Shown: in pieces, positions 59,803 to 64,000 of the stretch
How the letters are laid out: every line of letters begins with the position of its first letter
Numbering within the stretch: the stretch's first letter is position 1
Origin: Halocafeteria seosinensis
Lineage: Eukaryota
Assembly (NCBI GenBank): GCA_001687465.1
Contig: LVLI01000255.1
Location: 1-64,000, forward strand
Length of the DNA: 64,000 nucleotides
Reading direction: 5' to 3'
Made by a program: the position numbers and the translations under genes
Notes under the pieces: generated by a model
Told to the model about the DNA's origin: nothing
Databases searched by the model: none
Seen by the model: the letters and a program-made list of their open reading frames with translations, nothing else

Positions 59803-60594
59803 TTTGTATGTTGCTTTGCAAGCCGATGAATTCCTCGTGCTTGTGCTTGTGGCAGCAGGTAGGTATTACGTGGTACGTGCGAATGACAGGAATTCACACC
59901 GTCAAATACACAATGATTGTATCATTCTATTCAACCCTCCATGGACTTGGGCTGGAACCACATGCGTGCTAGGGTAGACCAATCCGAAGGTATCTGCTGT
60001 ATCTTATCAGGATGAAGTTCACAGCATTCACACTCTCGCTTGCGCCATGGCCCATCGGGGATGGATACTGCACTTCATCGTCGTAGTCCCTAGGAGAGCA
60101 TGCTCTCCTCGATACCTCAGCACTCATTTCATTGAAATATGCTGTACACAGCACACACAGAAATTCGACCACAGTACAAGCTGCAGAGGCAAGTACCGCT
60201 AGTGGAGCGGAGACTCGTGGTTGTATCCATGGCGGCAAAGTTTCCGAGGACAACCATTAAACAGGAATGATTGCTACAGGTCCGATGGTCGGATGGTGCT
60301 GGTTGTCCTGTCCTTCTTCTTGTTTCTTCACCGCTTCAACTTCCGTGGTCATCGTCATGACGACGTCATCGTGCTCGTGAAGTTCAGTTGTTGCTTGTCG
60401 AGTTTACCAGATTGTAAATCATTTGGATTGTTGCTTAAACTTGCCACCAAGTACTTGCGTGTTTTGCGCTGAAAACAAACGTAAATTAAATTCCGTATCC
60501 TAAGGAGTAAAGAAAGAAGGGATACAGCACCACATATCTGTGTAACCTGCTTCGTGTTTTATTGTCGCGTCTGTCTGTGAAACCAAACGCTAAT

Positions 60595-61761
60595 ATGTCT
60601 CACTTCGGAACAAGACATCCAATGATGGATGATTTCGAGCACATGAGGTACGTTTCGATGCTCTCTAAGAGCAAGTGCCAATGCATACCGTGTCTATTGA
60701 TCAACGCGGATGAAATACGGTGCCGCATATGGTAGCGGAGGTGGATACGAAACCGTATTACGGAAGTTGAAGGAAGAGAACAATAGCAAAGAAGGATGGA
60801 AGTTTCGAACCGAACGTGGTATTCACGGTATTTCAATGGTATGACATCATTTGGTCTTTGGCAAGGGATATGAACAGAATTTGGTGTAGGACAGAGTCAT
60901 TCACTACTGTATAAAAGATATGCTTGCGGCGCCTCGTGGAGAGTTGTGTGACGTCACTCTAGGCTTTTATTGGAACATTCGAGAAAGATTGAATGACTTC
61001 TAGTATTTTACATGAGAGAACCGATTTATGCTTCTAGAGAAAGAAATGCAAAGTTTAACTTGAGAATGTCATCGACGTGCAGACGATCTATGGATCGGAT
61101 GATGGATAGCTTCTTCGGTGGAAGATTCGTAAGTGCAACAAGACCGTTGCCATCGACAGTATGTGCGGAAAACTGGGAAATATACTGTGCCGTTACAGTG
61201 GGATCCATTCAATACAATGGCTGACATCGACCAACCTGGGAATCTCCTCGGAGACCAGGCTCAGGCTCCGTCTGGCGCTGGAGAGTCTCAAGCCGTCCAA
61301 CGACGCGAAGGGGGAAGTGAACAACTCGGTTTCCCCAACTCCCGATTCCCTTTCCTTAATTCTATGGCTCTTGACGTCAGAGAAAAGGACAAAAGCTATG
61401 TTTTGACAGCAGATGTTCCTGGTGTTCCGAAGGAGAATGTCAAAGTGGAAGTGGAGGGAGATACATTGACCATTTCTGCCGACCGGAAGGAGGAAAAGGA
61501 AGACAAGGGCGAAAAGTACCGCCGCATCGTACGTATGAGTCTCCGGATGCAATTACTCAATGTGATTATTTAACCTGCATATGCTGCTTTGCGAGGAAAC
61601 TGCAGGAACGGCGATCTGGATCCATGAAGCGGTCAATGAAGCTTCCACAAAACGCCGACAAAGAGAAGATCAAGGCGAGCTGCGACAATGGTGTTCTTAC
61701 CGTTGATATTGCCAAGCTTCCTGAGGCCAAATCTGAGAGCAAGAAGATTGATGTCAAGTAA
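60595..61761 (+). CDS. Small heat-shock protein (HSP20), paralogue 2, 4 exons
   Basis: [37 protein letters not shown]...[68 protein letters not shown]; same intron positions as paralogue 1; first intron 60648-61082. Confidence 0.93.
60949..60985 (+). promoter_or_regulatory. Intronic CRE-like bZIP site plus perfect 3-unit heat-shock element
   Basis: TGACGTCA at 60949-60956; GAAcaTTCgaGAA at 60973-60985. Confidence 0.6.
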
Positions 61762-61882
61762 TCCTCTCAAGTCCCGAGGATGTTCGTGCAGTGCTATGAG
61801 AACTTTAGCCATTCTTCGATTCTTCTTCTTGAATTGACATAACTTACGATAATATGACCTGTATTTGCTTCCGCGTGTTCGT

Positions 61883-62482
61883 CTACTGTGGCGGGTTTCC
61901 ATAGCCTACAACCAGCAGCAGTGGGTAACTAGTAGGGGAGAGATGAATCCTGTATCTGTGTTTCTTTCTTTGTGATACGTATATATATTGTACACGACTG
62001 TGCTTCACCGCCTGTGTCCCGGTTGGTTGGTTCTTTGATGGGACCAACAGCCTTACGAACGATTGCTTACCCTCTGTTCCTCCTTTACCCTTTTTCCGAA
62101 TGGGTTGAGTTGGTCTAAACATCATCTTGTTACTTGTGAGCTCCTCCGAACTAAGCGGCGAGGGCGTAGATGTTACAGTCGCCGTCGGACGATTTTTTTG
62201 AGGCAGTGCGGGAAGAGAATAGCTCCTATCCTCTTTAGGATGCGAAAGTAAATCTAAACTCTTGTCACTCCTCATGTCTCTCAGCTCTGCAGACTGCAGA
62301 GGGTTGACTCCACCAGCAACGCTTTCTTCGATGCTTGGTCTATTCTCTCTCTGAGAGACACGCTTCTTCCGGTTGAAGCAGTTTGTACAACCGTCTACAC
62401 TGGTGCCTAAAGCAAATCGTTGGAATTCCTTGTCTTGCTGTATTTGTGTTTCAGGTTTCGTTCTTTCCTTTTCGACACGCAA
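61883..62482 (-). CDS. Hypothetical low-complexity ORF or gene fragment
   Basis: 199-codon ORF starting at TTG, convergent with the sHSP; no domain recognised. Confidence 0.3.
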   Translation of the reverse strand: MRVEKERTKPETQIQQDKEFQRFALGTSVDGCTNCFNRKKRVSQRENRPSIEESVAGGVNPLQSAELRDMRSDKSLDLLSHPKEDRSYSLPALPQKNRPTATVTSTPSPLSSEELTSNKMMFRPTQPIRKKGKGGTEGKQSFVRLLVPSKNQPTGTQAVKHSRVQYIYVSQRKKHRYRIHLSPTSYPLLLVVGYGNPPQ

Positions 62483-63063
62483 ATTCCATGAACCAGTTCT
62501 TTACGCGGTGGCTCCAATATCCAAGTCAATTTAGAACATTGTCGCTTAGAGCTCGTATCGCTCTCTTAGACAAACTATCAATACGACCATAATTCAAACA
62601 CTGCATTATCAATGGTCAATACGAACAGCGATGTGATCCCGACAGCTTCGGGGAAGACGCGATCAAGTTCCTCAAGAGAATTGTCAGAAAAACACGGGGC
62701 TCCCGCTGGGAACAAGGGAGATGCGGAACTTTTGATGCGCCACAACGTAAAGCTGTAGGAGCGGATCCCGGTAGGGTTTACCCCTTACACAGGGAAAACC
62801 GAAATCTAATGAACATATGTGATCCCCGTTTCTTCGTTGATTGCGTTGGGTTTGTTTAAACAAGCTCTTGTAGTTGCTATGACGCTTGGACCTGTGGAAC
62901 GACATTCTTGGAGATACACTCGACAGCCACAGCGGAGCAGATATATGTTCCTACATTCTGTCGGAGAAATACTTCGTCTACTGAACATTTAAAAACTACG
63001 TATAATAGACGATTGGGGCATGCCTTATACAACTCCTACTCCGTTTCCAGGACGCTTTTGTCG

Positions 63064-63349
63064 CTGAAGCGGACTGTAGCGACACTACTTGTATTGGAAA
63101 TTCTCTAAGCTCAAGGAAATATTTTCATACTTGCTTACATCTATCGTCGACGTCATACATGATCCACCAATCATCACTGAACTACATATATTGATTGATT
63201 GGGCATGTCTCATGCAACTCTTGCGCGATCTCTAGGACTGAAGCGGACTGGATTGTACTGGAGATTCCCTAAGGTCAAGGAAGCATTTCATGCATGTATA
63301 TCCATTGTCGGCATGACATATCGTCTGCTAATCCTCACTACTCTACATA
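63064..63349. repeat. Diverged direct duplication of about 110-125 bp
   Basis: ctgaagcggactg...ttgtattggaaattctctaagctcaaggaa...ctacata (63064-63188) vs ctgaagcggactg..ttgtactggagattccctaaggtcaaggaa...ctacata (63238-63349). Confidence 0.8.
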
Positions 63350-64000
63350 CAAATCATACACGGGGGCACTACAAATAGGTATTCAGCCCTCTCCTTCCCT
63401 CCCCGACTCGCGTGGCATAAAACACAAAATGAGACCCCGGTTTACCTCTTTCGCTGACTTTCCTTTTCTGTAGTTTTCTTCTGACTGCAATGACTTCCAC
63501 TCCATTTGTCTGAATTTGAATCTCAGATGCATTGAAATCAAGAGAAAAAACAAAGAGTCTCGTTGTAGTAGACATACAACGTAGTGTGTCTGCAAATAAA
63601 AACATTAACTATGATACTTTGTACTGAGGTATATGCTAATTGAGATTTAAAGTTAGTGTGGCTTTGTATCTATTCGTGCTGTATTGGAATACAGTTAGAA
63701 TTGATTTCATCACGGGCATATTTGTGAAGCAGCCTGTTCAAGCAGGGTTCCATGGACCACGGTCCTCGGTCCACGGCGGATGCATGGGATGATCCACGAT
63801 GTACGGAGGCAGCTAGTCAAGCAGTGGGAACGGTGTCGCATACCCTGTACCGGTAGTTGTGTTTCCGTTTTTGTTCTTCATACTCATATATATTGTACAC
63901 CAACATGTCCCGTTGCATATGTCCCAGACTGACTCACAGTGGTAGGTACACTTGGTTGGTTGGCTCCTTGATGCGACCTGCAGCACAGCACGTGCTTGCG

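Overview
Gene-dense eukaryotic (protist-type) nuclear DNA with short GT-AG introns (mostly about 50-110 nt) and tight tail-to-tail gene packing. The lineage cannot be fixed from sequence alone; a flagellated stramenopile-like protist is my inference. About 23 protein genes are supported: an EHD/dynamin-like GTPase with a mitochondrial-type presequence and 2 TM helices, pterin carbinolamine dehydratase, F-BAR-like/PH, UBXN11-like, a RAP-domain protein, a >2500-aa protein of ten NCS/CBL-like EF-hand units, ANK+TPR, SAXO5/TEX45-like, two paralogous CCCGC membrane proteins, a WW protein, APC7, AMMECR1, two small HSPs, an M14 carboxypeptidase, an LRR protein, a tandem DUF4286-like protein, a CapA-like protein and orphans. 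There is also a tRNA-Leu(AAG) and an intact hAT-type MITE with an 8-bp TSD. The most notable observations are: (1) a decayed rve-integrase/viral-like island at about 47.5-51 kb whose C-terminal 325 codons remain open; (2) the 10-unit EF-hand giant; (3) matching bZIP-site + heat-shock-element modules inside unusually long first introns of both sHSP paralogues; (4) an intronless bacterial-like DUF4286/CapA pair; (5) recurrent intergenic palindromes with a 1-nt centre. All family calls come from motif recognition by eye, not database searches.
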